Shown here one piece after another: positions 11,964 to 22,832 of a DNA stretch of 64,000 bases. Both the position numbers and the translations under genes were made by a program. How positions within the stretch are numbered: the stretch's first letter is position 1; each line of letters starts with the position of its first letter. The notes under the pieces are model-generated. The model saw only the letters and a list, made by a program, of their open reading frames with translations. It had not been told where the DNA came from and made no database searches. This DNA is from Candidatus Atelocyanobacterium thalassae (lineage in GTDB: Bacteria; Cyanobacteriota; Cyanobacteriia; Cyanobacteriales; Microcystaceae), in NCBI GenBank assembly GCA_051971635.1, contig JBFPLN010000006.1:74669-138668 (forward strand), written 5' to 3'.

Positions 11964-14441
11964 TTAAGAGTCAGAAACTGGAGTTAGGATAGAATCTAGC
12001 TGTTCATCTTCTGCAACAATGACTTTAACTTGTCCTTGTTCATCAATATCTACTTCCGCGACATCTCCTCCTCTAACTTTTCCTGAGAGAATTTCTTCTG
12101 CCAAGATGTCTTCAAGAAGACGCATAATGGCACGTCGTAATGGTCTTGCACCATAAGAAGGGTTATAACCTTCTTCAACTAAACGTTCTTTAAATTTATC
12201 AGTAACCTGGAGTGTAATTTCTTTTTCTGTTAAGCGAGCAAACACCTCCTTGAGAAGAATCTCAGAAATTTCTTTAACTTCTTCTTTATTTAGTTGGCGG
12301 AAAACAATAATCTCATCTAGTCTATTCAGAAATTCAGGGCGGAAATATTCTTTTAATTCTTCATTAACTAAAGAACGAATCCTGTTATATTGCGCATCTT
12401 CTTGGTTATTTTCAAACTCAAAACCTAACCCACCACCACCTTTTTCTATAACTTTTGACCCTATATTAGAAGTCATAATTAACAAAGTATTTTTAAAGTC
12501 TACTGTGCGCCCTTTGGCATCAGTTAATCGACCATCTTCCAATATTTGTAATAACATATTGAAGATATCTGGATGTGCTTTCTCAATTTCATCAAATAGA
12601 ATTACCGTATAAGGACGACGACGTACCGCTTCTGTTAATTGTCCTCCCTCATTATAGCCGACATATCCAGGTGGAGAACCGATAAGCTTAGATACAGTAT
12701 GACGTTCCATATATTCAGACATATCCAAACGAACCATTGCATCTTCTGAACCAAAGAAGTAAGTTGCTAATGCCTTGGTGAGCTCAGTTTTCCCGACACC
12801 TGTAGGACCAGAAAAAATAAAACTAGCAATAGGACGATTAGGATTTTTCAAACCAACTCTGGCACGACGTATAGCTTTTGAAACAGCTTTAACAGCATCT
12901 TCTTGACCAATAAGTCTCTGATGTAAAGTTGTTTCCATATTTAAAAGTTTTTCAGATTCAGTCTCTGTAAGCTTATTTACAGGTACTCCTGTCCAAGAAG
13001 CAACAATATGAGCTATTTCTTCTGAATCTACAAAAGGTTCGTCATTTTCTCCTTCTCCTTTTTTTGTAGAAGAAATTGAACGAATTTTTGACTTAATCTC
13101 CATTTCTTGATCTCGTAGTTGTCCTGCACGATTAAAATCTTGCGAACGAACTGCATCATCTTTCTGTTTTAAAATAGTACGTAATTCCTTATCTAACTCT
13201 TTAGCTTCAGGAGGAAGTTGAGAGTTAATTAAACGTACCCTAGAACCTGCTTCATCTATGAGGTCAATGGCTTTATCTGGAAGAAAACGATCAGAAATAT
13301 AACGATCTGATAACTTAGCAGCTGCTTCCAATGCTTCATCCAAAATTTTGAGCTTATGATGTTGCTCATACCGCTCTCTTAAACCATAAAGAATTTGGAT
13401 GGTCTCTTCTACAGTTGGTTCTCCAACCATTACTGGCTGAAAACGTCTTTCTAGAGCAGCATCTTTTTCAATATGTTTGCGATATTCATCAAGAGTAGTA
13501 GCTCCAATACATTGAAGCTCTCCTCTCGCCAAAGCTGGCTTAAGAATATTAGCTGCATCAATAGCTCCTTCAGCGGCACCAGCGCCAATAAGAGTGTGAA
13601 CCTCGTCTATAACCAGAATTATATTTTCCGTTTGGCGGATTTCTTCCATGATTTTTTTGAGGCGTTCTTCAAACTCTCCGCGATACTTTGTTCCTGCAAC
13701 TAACAAACCTATATCAAGAGTTACAACTCTTTTATCTTCAAGAATATCAGGAATATCTTGATCAGCAATACGTTGGGCAAGACCTTCAGCAATTGCTGTT
13801 TTACCAACACCAGGTTCTCCAATAAGAACTGGATTGTTTTTAGTACGACGACCAAGAATTTGAATCACTCGTTCAATTTCTTTTTGTCTACCAACAACTG
13901 GATCGAGCTGTCCATCTGTAGCTAATTGAGTCAAATTAGAGCCAAATTCATCGAGAGTAGGAGTTTTAGTCCTACCAGGTGCTACTCCTCCCGCAGCGAC
14001 TTCTGCAGTCTCTCCTAATTGACGAATAACTTGGGTTCTTACTTTAGAAAGATCTACACCAAGATTTTCGAGGACTCTTGCTGCGACTCCTTCTCCTTCT
14101 CTAATTAGTCCTAATAGAAGATGTTCTGTTCCAATGTAATTGTGTCCTAGTTGTCTAGCTTCCTCTAAAGAAAGTTCCAGAACTCTTTTTGCCCTTGGGG
14201 TAAAAGGAATTTCAACAGCTACGAAACCTGAACCTCGTCCAATAATTTTCTCAACTTCAATACGAGCATCTTTAAGATTAACTCCCATGGATTTAAGAAC
14301 TTTGGCTGCAACTCCGGTTCCCTCACCGATTAGCCCTAGAAGAATTTGTTCTGTCCCGACAAAATTATGCCCAAGACGACGAGCTTCCTCTTGGGCAAGC
14401 ATAATTACCTTAATAGCTTTCTCTGTAAAGCGTTCAAACAT
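11964..14441 (-). CDS. clpC: ATP-dependent Clp protease ATP-binding subunit ClpC
   Basis: [25 protein letters not shown], two Walker A motifs ([16 protein letters not shown]), UVR domain, LGF loop. Confidence 0.99.
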   Translation of the reverse strand: MFERFTEKAIKVIMLAQEEARRLGHNFVGTEQILLGLIGEGTGVAAKVLKSMGVNLKDARIEVEKIIGRGSGFVAVEIPFTPRAKRVLELSLEEARQLGHNYIGTEHLLLGLIREGEGVAARVLENLGVDLSKVRTQVIRQLGETAEVAAGGVAPGRTKTPTLDEFGSNLTQLATDGQLDPVVGRQKEIERVIQILGRRTKNNPVLIGEPGVGKTAIAEGLAQRIADQDIPDILEDKRVVTLDIGLLVAGTKYRGEFEERLKKIMEEIRQTENIILVIDEVHTLIGAGAAEGAIDAANILKPALARGELQCIGATTLDEYRKHIEKDAALERRFQPVMVGEPTVEETIQILYGLRERYEQHHKLKILDEALEAAAKLSDRYISDRFLPDKAIDLIDEAGSRVRLINSQLPPEAKELDKELRTILKQKDDAVRSQDFNRAGQLRDQEMEIKSKIRSISSTKKGEGENDEPFVDSEEIAHIVASWTGVPVNKLTETESEKLLNMETTLHQRLIGQEDAVKAVSKAIRRARVGLKNPNRPIASFIFSGPTGVGKTELTKALATYFFGSEDAMVRLDMSEYMERHTVSKLIGSPPGYVGYNEGGQLTEAVRRRPYTVILFDEIEKAHPDIFNMLLQILEDGRLTDAKGRTVDFKNTLLIMTSNIGSKVIEKGGGGLGFEFENNQEDAQYNRIRSLVNEELKEYFRPEFLNRLDEIIVFRQLNKEEVKEISEILLKEVFARLTEKEITLQVTDKFKERLVEEGYNPSYGARPLRRAIMRLLEDILAEEILSGKVRGGDVAEVDIDEQGQVKVIVAEDEQLDSILTPVSDS

Positions 14442-14480
14442 TTTATTTGTCCACCATCTGCTGCTTTCCCTTGTAAGCTG

Positions 14481-14489
14481 ATCTTAGCA
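14481..14489 (-). promoter_or_regulatory. Candidate extended -10 promoter of clpC
   Basis: Minus strand TGcTAAGAT about 40 nt upstream of the ATG, followed by a GC-richer leader. Confidence 0.4.
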
Positions 14490-14967
14490 CAGCTTTTTAT
14501 CTCTACTGTTCATATATGAACTTAGAGTATGACTGTTAAAAGAATTTTATATTCTTCTTTAATGCTATTAGCCTTTCTATGATTACAGTGTAGAGTTTAA
14601 TCATATTTTAACTAAATTCTATATTTTATATTTATTTAATTAAAGTATTACGTAAATCTAAGTTTAGTACATACTTTTATGTATTAGCACTAGAAATAGT
14701 CTAGAAAAAATTTCAAGCAATTTTATTAAATACTTCTCTAAAAATAATTTTATATTTTATCTACTAAAGCCAGGTTAAAGGTTAAACAAATAATAAATCA
14801 AAATTTAGTAATGATTAGTTATTACTAAGAACAATTAAGTTCTACTAATTTAAAACAAGACTTTGTCAACTAGTGTAAGGCTTCCTCATGAATCTATAAG
14901 GCATAAAGTCAATTGATTTAGAGCGTTAATGTTTTTTTGTTTTTAAACTAAGCTAGAAAATATACTA

Positions 14968-15885
14968 TTAAAGATAATTAATCTTTGTCCCATGATTATC
15001 TATAGACAATAGTTTCACTTCTGAAGTTACTGCCTGCTTTAACCATGCTTCTTTTACTGCACATTCAATATTACTAGTATTTTCAAAATTAGTTAAAACT
15101 AATAAGGTGGGACCAGCGCCACTAATTACCACACCATATGCTCCAGCCTTAATAGCAGCTTCTCTAACAGATTCATAACCTTTAATTAGATGTTGACGAT
15201 ATGGTTGATGAAGTCTATCGTGTAACGCGCTAGATAGCCACCTTCCATTACCTGTTTCCAGAGATTTAATCAGTAATCCCATATGGGCAATATTAAAAAC
15301 TACATCATGCATGAATACTGTTTTCGGTATAACAGATCTTGCTTTTTCAGTTAATAGTTCAAAATCAGGGATGGCGATAAGAGGTACAACAGAAGAATGC
15401 CAATTAAGTGGATATATTCCCCAGTTAATACCTTCTCTAATAGATAATTGGCACTTGCCAAATAAAGCAGGTACAACATTGTCAGGATGACCTTCCAGTT
15501 TTATAGCTAAATTCATTAGCTCAAATTTTGACAAGGGTTGGCCTGTTAATTCGTTAGCTCCAATTAAGCCACCTATAATTGCTGTAGCAGAGCTTCCTAA
15601 ACCTCTAGACAAAGGTATTCCTAATTTAATCCCGATCGAAACTCTTGGTGGAGTTTCTCCTATGTGGTTGTATAAATATGTAAATGCTTTATAAACTAAA
15701 TTGTTATGATCACGTTTAACCTTATTAGCTTCTTTTCCTATTACATTAATATTTAGTTGAGATTTGTTTTTTCCCTGTTTAGTAAAATAGAACTGATTAT
15801 ACATAGTTAGAGCAGAACCTATGCAATCAAATGCCGGACCTATATTTGCTGTGGTTGCGGGAACAATGACATTGACTGTAGACAT
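14968..15885 (-). CDS. thrB: Homoserine kinase
   Basis: VPATTANIGPAFD, PLSRGLGSSATA, EGHPDN, SGAGPT; start moved to ATG 15885. Confidence 0.95.
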   Translation of the reverse strand: MSTVNVIVPATTANIGPAFDCIGSALTMYNQFYFTKQGKNKSQLNINVIGKEANKVKRDHNNLVYKAFTYLYNHIGETPPRVSIGIKLGIPLSRGLGSSATAIIGGLIGANELTGQPLSKFELMNLAIKLEGHPDNVVPALFGKCQLSIREGINWGIYPLNWHSSVVPLIAIPDFELLTEKARSVIPKTVFMHDVVFNIAHMGLLIKSLETGNGRWLSSALHDRLHQPYRQHLIKGYESVREAAIKAGAYGVVISGAGPTLLVLTNFENTSNIECAVKEAWLKQAVTSEVKLLSIDNHGTKINYL

Positions 15886-16023
15886 AGTAAACTTATCGTA
15901 TAAAAGTTTCTGTATAACTAGTTTTCCTTTTATGTATTTGGCATACACAATATTGAGTATATGTAATCTAAAAAATAAAAAACTAATAATGTTAATTATT
16001 TTAATGGTTTTCCGAAGCTAGAA

Positions 16024-16065
16024 AAAGAAATTAATCCATAACTCTTAGTCAAGATTAATTTCTTT
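16024..16065 (-). terminator. 13-bp-arm inverted repeat downstream of prfB
   Basis: AAAGAAATTAATC-N16-GATTAATTTCTTT. Confidence 0.55.
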
Positions 16066-16090
16066 AATTCAAAAACTATTTTATTTATAG

Positions 16091-17210
16091 TCAGGGCTGG
16101 GTATTTGCTGAATTTGTATAACGTAAATAAGCTTCTATAAATAAATTTAAATCACCGTCCATCACATCATTGATATTGGTAGTTTCTACATTTGTTCTTA
16201 GGTCTTTGACCATTTGGTATGGATGAAATACATAACTACGAATTTGAGTCCCCCAAGCGGCTTCAACTATATCACCTCTTATTTCGGCAATTTTTTGAGC
16301 TCTTTGTTCTTGAGCAATAATTAATAGCTTTGCTTTTAACAAAACAAGGGCTTTTTCTTTATTTTGTAATTGAGAGCGTTCTTGCGTACATCGAACAGCA
16401 ATACCAGTTGGTATATGAACAATACGAACAGCCGTTTCTACCTTGTTAACATTTTGTCCACCTTTACCACCAGAACGTGTAGTTGTGATTTCTAATTCTT
16501 TATCAGGAATCTCTATTTTTATATCGTCTCCTTCTAACTTTGGCATTACTTCAATGCCAGTAAAGCTTGTTTGGCGTTTTCCATTAGCGTTAAAAGGAGA
16601 AATTCTTACTAACCTATGTGTTCCTTTCTCTCCCTTTAAATATCCAAAAGCATAACAACCTTCAATTTCTAATGTAGCAGACTTAATTCCGGCTTCATCC
16701 CCATCAGAAATTTCAACCAAATTAACTTTATAGCCCTGATTTTCTCCCCATCTTCTATACATTCTTAGCAACATTTCTGACCAATCTTGAGCATCTGTTC
16801 CACCAACTCCTGTATTAATATTTAGGATAGCTCCTTTAATATCATAAGTTCCTGACAAAAGTTGTTGCAAATCCCAGCTATCTAAATTTCGCTTTAATTG
16901 CGTAATATTATTCTGTGCTTCCTCTAGTAGAGATTCATCATAATCTAATGTTAGCAAGTCTACAATAAGTTTAGTATCTTCTAGCTGATCGCACCACTGA
17001 TTATATTGTTCTAATTGTGATTTAAAGCCACTAAGTTCTTGTGAAACTTTTTGTGCTGTTTCCGGACTGTCCCAAAAGGTAGGCTGTACTGTCGTGTTCT
17101 CTAAACTCTTAATATTAGCCCTTAAAGCTGGTAAGTCAAAGATATTCCTGAGTTTTCCCCAGGTGTATACTCAAAAGTTCAACGTTTTTTCTCAATTCTG
17201 TAATTTCCAT
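16091..17210 (-). CDS. prfB: Peptide chain release factor 2, with programmed +1 frameshift
   Basis: ATG 17210 gives 24 codons ending CTT TGA C; the +1 frame (DLPALR...FWD) is open into the 288-aa ORF with SPF and GGQ motifs. Confidence 0.97.
17135..17150 (-). promoter_or_regulatory. prfB +1 frameshift cassette
   Basis: CAGGAA TAT CTT TGA C on the minus strand: SD-like AGGA, slippery CTT-T, in-frame UGA. Confidence 0.95.
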
Positions 17211-17516
17211 ATATTTAACTTTTAAAGATTTAATTTATTATGTACGTTTTTCTATGCGATTTACACATTAATATTTGAATACAGATATCTAGGTAAATTT
17301 AAATATTTGTCAAGTATCTAGTATAGATATCTTATATAAGTTAGTCTGAAGTTTCGTTTATAAATATTTTTACAGATAAATTAGCTTATAAAATTTTATT
17401 TACAGAAAAAACCTAAAAGAAACCTCTGATATGAAATTTACAAGATATTTATATAAAAGGCTATGGTTTATAAATATCTATTTATTTAAGCTAATAATAT
17501 AATTTTTTAATCTAAT

Positions 17517-17556
17517 AAAACATAAAAACTATTTATACACTTAGTTTTTATGTTTT
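17517..17556 (-). terminator. 15-bp-arm inverted repeat downstream of agcS
   Basis: AAAACATAAAAACTA-N10-TAGTTTTTATGTTTT. Confidence 0.65.
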
Positions 17557-17569
17557 TCATTCCTTAGTA

Positions 17570-19087
17570 TCAGACTATAATTGTTTTTTGCCAATATTTT
17601 TTCAATTCTTTCGCTACTTTATTCGATAAAAGAATACACCCTAAAATATTAGGTATGGCTAATGTCAATAACATCATATCACTGAAATCTAATACGGCTC
17701 CTAAATTTACTACTGAACCAATAAAAATACAAAATAAGAAGACTATTTTAAAAATGATAGAATTTGATTTGCCAAATATATAAATCCAACATTGTTCACC
17801 ATAATAACACCAAGTAATCATTGTTGAAAATCCAAACATACACATAATACTTGCTAATACTACAGGAGACCATTGAATAACTTGAGCAAAAGCTGTCATA
17901 ACTAATATGGAACCGTTGATACCGTTTCCTACTGTTGTCCAATAAACCTGAGTCGTGGCAATTACTAAAGCTGTTAGATTACAGATAACAACTGTATCAA
18001 GGAAAGGTTCAAGAATTGAAACAATACCTTCTTGTATAGGCTCTTTTGTTTTTGCAACAGCATGGGCAATTGCAGCAGACCCCAAACCAGCACCATTTGA
18101 AAAAACGCTACGTCGTATTCCTTGAATTATGATACCAACCAAACCTCCTTCCATTCCCCTAGAGGAAAAAGCCTCTGTAAAAATAGAAGCAAAAGCATGG
18201 GGTATTGCGGTGAAATTAGTTTTCAGGATCCATAGGCATCCCAGTATATAAATAACTGACATTAAAGGCACTAATCTACTAGTAATAACTCCTATACGAC
18301 TAACACCACCAATGATAACTAAACCTACGAGAAAAGCGAGTACTAGACCGACAGCCCAATCATAAGATTGTAAGGCAGGAAAAACGACAGCTAAAGCCAT
18401 AAATGATTGATTGACTTGGAACATATTTCCTCCTCCTATCGCTGCACCTATGCCGGCAAAACAGTAAGCTATAGCTAATATTTTACCTAACTTTTCTTTT
18501 CCTATTTCTTTCAATCCTTTAGAAAGATAATACATTGGACCACCAACAGTAGTTCCATCTAGACCTATAGTTCTATATTGAGATCCTAAAGTACACTCTA
18601 CAAATTTACTGGACATTCCAAAGATCCCAGCCAATGTCATCCAAAAGACTGTACCTGTGCCTCCTAGTTGAATAGCGATAGCTACCCCTGAAATATTACC
18701 TAGTCCTATACTTGCTGACAAAGCTGTTGTCAAAGCTTGAAAAGAAGATATCTCTCCTTGAACCTCATTTTCAGAATCAATTTCATCAGGATAGTCTACA
18801 TTTTCTACTAGTTGAGATTTCGACTTTTGATTTTTATAGAAACTAATATTTTTTTTAGAAGATGTAGGTTTTTTATAATGGCTTTTATGTTGACTGTAGA
18901 CTATCTTTAAAGCTTGTTTGAAGCCAACAATATTAATAAAGCCCATTCTTAATGTAAAAAAAATACCTCCCATTAATATCCAAAATATTATTACGGGAAA
19001 ATGAGCAATCTCAAAAAAGAGTATTTGTTTAATAAAAGTAACTAGGTTCGAAAAAAAATAATCAATATTATAAAGGAAATGATTCAC
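17570..19087 (-). CDS. agcS: Alanine/glycine:cation (Na+) symporter, AGCS family
   Basis: ISSFQAL, GLGNISGVAIAI..GG, KFVECTL, GGPMYYL, GNMFQ, EPFLDT. Confidence 0.92.
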   Translation of the reverse strand: MNHFLYNIDYFFSNLVTFIKQILFFEIAHFPVIIFWILMGGIFFTLRMGFINIVGFKQALKIVYSQHKSHYKKPTSSKKNISFYKNQKSKSQLVENVDYPDEIDSENEVQGEISSFQALTTALSASIGLGNISGVAIAIQLGGTGTVFWMTLAGIFGMSSKFVECTLGSQYRTIGLDGTTVGGPMYYLSKGLKEIGKEKLGKILAIAYCFAGIGAAIGGGNMFQVNQSFMALAVVFPALQSYDWAVGLVLAFLVGLVIIGGVSRIGVITSRLVPLMSVIYILGCLWILKTNFTAIPHAFASIFTEAFSSRGMEGGLVGIIIQGIRRSVFSNGAGLGSAAIAHAVAKTKEPIQEGIVSILEPFLDTVVICNLTALVIATTQVYWTTVGNGINGSILVMTAFAQVIQWSPVVLASIMCMFGFSTMITWCYYGEQCWIYIFGKSNSIIFKIVFLFCIFIGSVVNLGAVLDFSDMMLLTLAIPNILGCILLSNKVAKELKKYWQKTIIV

Positions 19088-19091
19088 AGAT

Positions 19092-19712
19092 CTAATGTAA
19101 AAAGCTACTACTTAGCCAAAAAATAAAAAATACAATAATACTAACAAGAGATTGACTAAATTCTCTTGTAGTGTTGGGATCATAAAATAGTTGAATAATG
19201 CTTCCCCCAATAATCATTCCTAAGCTCAACATAGTTAAAGTGATTAGTAAAGCACGATTAAATTTATTTTCCTTTTTATTTAGAAAATAAATATTAACAA
19301 AAACTCCTAATGCTAAGAAAAGTGGAGTTAGAGAAGACTGAGGACGCAAAAATCCTACTAAAAGTGATAGAGCAAGAAATATTCCTGTCTTCAATAAGAT
19401 ATCATTAAAAGACGGAATATCAATAAATTGTTGAACCCAATGAAATATATTTTTAACATTAGAGACTAGAAAGTTAGAACTAACTTCTCTTTGATGCTCA
19501 GCAAATCGAATATTATCAGGTACATTAACTTTCCCTTCTTGACGGAGCTTCAATCGCTCCATGACAATAGCATCGTAAGCAGATTCAATACTTTCTATAG
19601 TTTCAAAACTATCACTATGCTTCTGGCTTAAATGATCTTTTGCTTTTTGAATTTCTTCAAAAGGGGCTGTTTCGGAAACACCTAACTTTTCATAGGGAGT
19701 TTTTTCACTCAT
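19092..19712 (-). CDS. CPP1-like (DUF3353) J-like membrane protein
   Basis: PYEKLGVSETAPFEEIQ, ESAYDAIVMERLKLRQEGK, C-terminal TM helices. Confidence 0.88.
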   Translation of the reverse strand: MSEKTPYEKLGVSETAPFEEIQKAKDHLSQKHSDSFETIESIESAYDAIVMERLKLRQEGKVNVPDNIRFAEHQREVSSNFLVSNVKNIFHWVQQFIDIPSFNDILLKTGIFLALSLLVGFLRPQSSLTPLFLALGVFVNIYFLNKKENKFNRALLITLTMLSLGMIIGGSIIQLFYDPNTTREFSQSLVSIIVFFIFWLSSSFLH

Positions 19713-19927
19713 CTGATATTTTCTTCCATATCTTCTTACTCATATTACCTAAATAAACAGGTTTTCTAACTTACTTTTTTTAGGAAATTAACTTTAATCA
19801 AGAATTTTTAGCCGTTAAAGTGACTCAAATACAAACAATTTTCTCTTTGAGCTTTAGATTTGAAAGTTTTGGAGATATAGCCAAAGAAAATTTTCTTAGC
19901 TAAAAATAATATTACAAAATCTAAGTA

Positions 19928-20200
19928 TTAAGAGTTATGAATACTTGACTTATCAACATTTGATTGGGGAGAAGCATCTTTTTTATTATCCTCAAGTTCA
20001 GCATTCATGCTTAGAGAATCTTGGAGATGCTGAGTTTCACGCTTAAACTCATCTTCAAACTCTTTTGAAGCATCTTGAAATCCTTTAACAGCCTTACCTA
20101 AACTACGACCAATTTCAGGTAATTTCTTAGGACCAAATACTAATAAGCTGATAATTAAAATCAACGCCATTTCTGGTAATCCAATACCAAAGATATTCAT
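19928..20200 (-). CDS. tatA: Twin-arginine translocase TatA/E subunit
   Basis: FGIGLPEM...FGPKKLPEIGRSLGK; AGGAGG RBS upstream. Confidence 0.95.
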   Translation of the reverse strand: MNIFGIGLPEMALILIISLLVFGPKKLPEIGRSLGKAVKGFQDASKEFEDEFKRETQHLQDSLSMNAELEDNKKDASPQSNVDKSSIHNS

Positions 20201-20608
20201 AATTTCCTCCTTAAAATCAAAATCTACTTTCTATTCTATACGTACATTCAACCAAAACTGATACTTAGTAAATAAAAAAAATTAGGTCTTCTTAAGAATA
20301 AATAACTTTTCTATTAATATTTATGTATCGATATCTAGATACGATTAATCTTGTCTACTCCAATAAAGAATATTCATGATTATATGATTACCATTGTAAG
20401 TGTATTTATAATAGCTATCAACATAGATTTATATGAGAATATACTAAGTTTGCTAAGTTGATTTTAGAAAATTTTATTGTAATCTTTGTATTTTTATATC
20501 TTATAATCACTTAATAGCAATTAAAATGAATTAAGCAATTAAAATATAAAAATATTGCTTTTGATGATTGTATATAATTATAGAGCTAAGTCAAATTTTT
20601 AAGTAAAA

Positions 20609-22384
20609 TTATTTATATAATTGAAAAGCTTTGTGAACTGCATTCAAAGCTTTTGTCCCCATGTCTTTTGGAACAACACAACTAATCTTAATTTCTGAAG
20701 TTGCAATCATTTTAATATTAATATTTTCTGCTGCTAATGCTTCAAAAAATTGAGCTGCTATCCCAGGCTTTTCTACCATACCTGCACCAACAATACTTAC
20801 TTTTGCAATATTTTCATCTATTAATATTTCATCAAAACCATCTGATAATTCTTTAAGTACTGAATGGGCAAGTTTGGAATTTTCTTGAGCTATAGTAAAT
20901 GCCATATCACGTGTAGGCTCTCCAGAGAAAATACGACAGCGTTGAGATTGAATAATAGTATCTACACTGATATTGTTTTTTGCCAATATTCCAAAAATAT
21001 TAGCTGCCATCCCAGGTTTATCTTTTACACGTCGAATTGCAATCTGAACCAGCTTTGTATCTAGAGCAACTCCTCTAACAGGTGGGATGATAGCAATAGT
21101 AGATAAGGTATTTACCGTAGGTGAAAATTCTATTTCGAATGCTTTTGATAATGCTTGCATTGCATGCCAACTATCACTCTGTGCGATAACACAACTTACT
21201 TTAACTTCTGAAGTTGCAATCATCTCAATATTAATATCTTCCTCAGCAAGAGTTTCGAACATTTTTGCAGCGATACCAGGACGACCAATCATCCCCGCTC
21301 CTGCGATCGCAATTTTAGCTACTCGTTTTTCTACAATAACTTCAACGTCTTGAGAATAGCTAGAACTAGTGCAAAAAGTTGAAGCAATTGCATAGGTAAC
21401 TGATTCAGCTTGTCCTAAAGAGTCTTCTACCACTGTGAAAGCTATATCATTGCTGTTGTTTTCATGAATTGATTGAATAATGAGATCTACGCTTACTTTC
21501 TGAGAAGCAATTTCTCTTAAAAGATGAGCTGCAATACCAGGACGATCTGGAACTTTCAAAAGTGCAACTTTTGCTTGGTTTTCATCTAATTCTATTCCAT
21601 CTACTGCTTTCGTGATTTCCAAACCATTTAATGATCTAGATTCTGAAACAGTTGATGTAACAAGTGTTCCAGGATTATCACTCCAACTAGAACGTACAAT
21701 TAAAGGAAGTCCATAGTTTCGAGCAATTTCTACAGCTCTTGGATGTAAAACCTGCGCACCTAAGCTGGCTAGTTCTAACATTTCATCAGAAGTAATTTCT
21801 TTAATAAGTTGAGCACTTGTAACTAAACGAGGATCAGTTGTAAAAATGCCTGGAACATCTGTATAAATCTCACAACAATTAGCTTTTAACGAGGCAGCTA
21901 AAGCTACTGCTGAAGTATCAGAGCCACCACGACCAAGAGTTGTTATTTCTAAACTATCACTACAACTAATTCCTTGAAATCCTGCTACAACAACAATTTC
22001 GTTTTGATCAAGGTGACGTTCAATCCTATCATGCTTAATAGATAAAATTCTCGCATAGCTATGTTCTGCTTCTGTAACAATTCCTACCTGGGCACCAGTT
22101 AAAGAAATAGCTTTTTTCCCTAATTTTTGCAGAGCCATAGTCATTAAAGCTATGGTCACTTGTTCTCCTGTAGATAACAACATATCCATTTCTCTTCGTG
22201 AAGGATTAGAAGTTATTTCTTGAGATAGCCTTACCAAGGTATCAGTGGTTTTGCCCATTGCAGAGACTACTACAACTATCTTATTGTTCTTATCAGAAGC
22301 TTTACAGATACGTTGAGCAACGTTTTGAATACGCTCCACAGACCCTACAGAAGTTCCTCCATATTTTTGAACAATTAGAGTCAT
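20609..22384 (-). CDS. lysC: Aspartate kinase, cyanobacterial type with four ACT domains
   Basis: VQKYGGTSVG, TTLGRGGSDTSA, YTDVPG, duplicated ACT pairs (PGIAA...IIQS / GAGM...TSE). Confidence 0.97.
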   Translation of the reverse strand: MTLIVQKYGGTSVGSVERIQNVAQRICKASDKNNKIVVVVSAMGKTTDTLVRLSQEITSNPSRREMDMLLSTGEQVTIALMTMALQKLGKKAISLTGAQVGIVTEAEHSYARILSIKHDRIERHLDQNEIVVVAGFQGISCSDSLEITTLGRGGSDTSAVALAASLKANCCEIYTDVPGIFTTDPRLVTSAQLIKEITSDEMLELASLGAQVLHPRAVEIARNYGLPLIVRSSWSDNPGTLVTSTVSESRSLNGLEITKAVDGIELDENQAKVALLKVPDRPGIAAHLLREIASQKVSVDLIIQSIHENNSNDIAFTVVEDSLGQAESVTYAIASTFCTSSSYSQDVEVIVEKRVAKIAIAGAGMIGRPGIAAKMFETLAEEDINIEMIATSEVKVSCVIAQSDSWHAMQALSKAFEIEFSPTVNTLSTIAIIPPVRGVALDTKLVQIAIRRVKDKPGMAANIFGILAKNNISVDTIIQSQRCRIFSGEPTRDMAFTIAQENSKLAHSVLKELSDGFDEILIDENIAKVSIVGAGMVEKPGIAAQFFEALAAENINIKMIATSEIKISCVVPKDMGTKALNAVHKAFQLYK

Positions 22385-22832
22385 AATTCAAATATAAATA
22401 ATACATCAACTGTTAAATTTAACAAGATCTCATAAAGGATAAAGATTATCAACTATATTTCCTTATAATCTAGGAAATATGAATAACTATAAAATACATC
22501 TTCTCAGTTAATACAAAATAAAGATAATTTTCAAAAAATACTCTGATAATTATTATCCAATATCTATAAATTTCTAAAAACTTATGGAATCACATTATTA
22601 TCTAATACTGATATGCAAAGCTAGGAAATCTTGAATTATTCCTTAATAGTTACTGCAAATAATTAAGCAATAAAATCTAAGCAGATTTACACAAGGTTAA
22701 AATTAAAATGATGGGATAAATGAATTTTAAAGAATTTTAGAAAGCTTACTATATGCTTTATGAAAATTGTTACAATTTTTACATCAATTGTTGGTCTATC
22801 CAAAAAAATAAAATAAATTATTTTAATTATTT

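Noticed and set aside
16091..16957. Apparently N-terminally truncated RF2 (possible pseudogene)
   Set aside because: Explained by the programmed +1 frameshift at 17135-17141
20609..22384. Internal duplication in the aspartate kinase C-terminus
   Set aside because: Four ACT domains are the known architecture of cyanobacterial aspartate kinase
22769..22785. RpaB HLR1 direct repeat upstream of shc
   Set aside because: TTACA half-sites are 9 bp apart rather than the canonical 10
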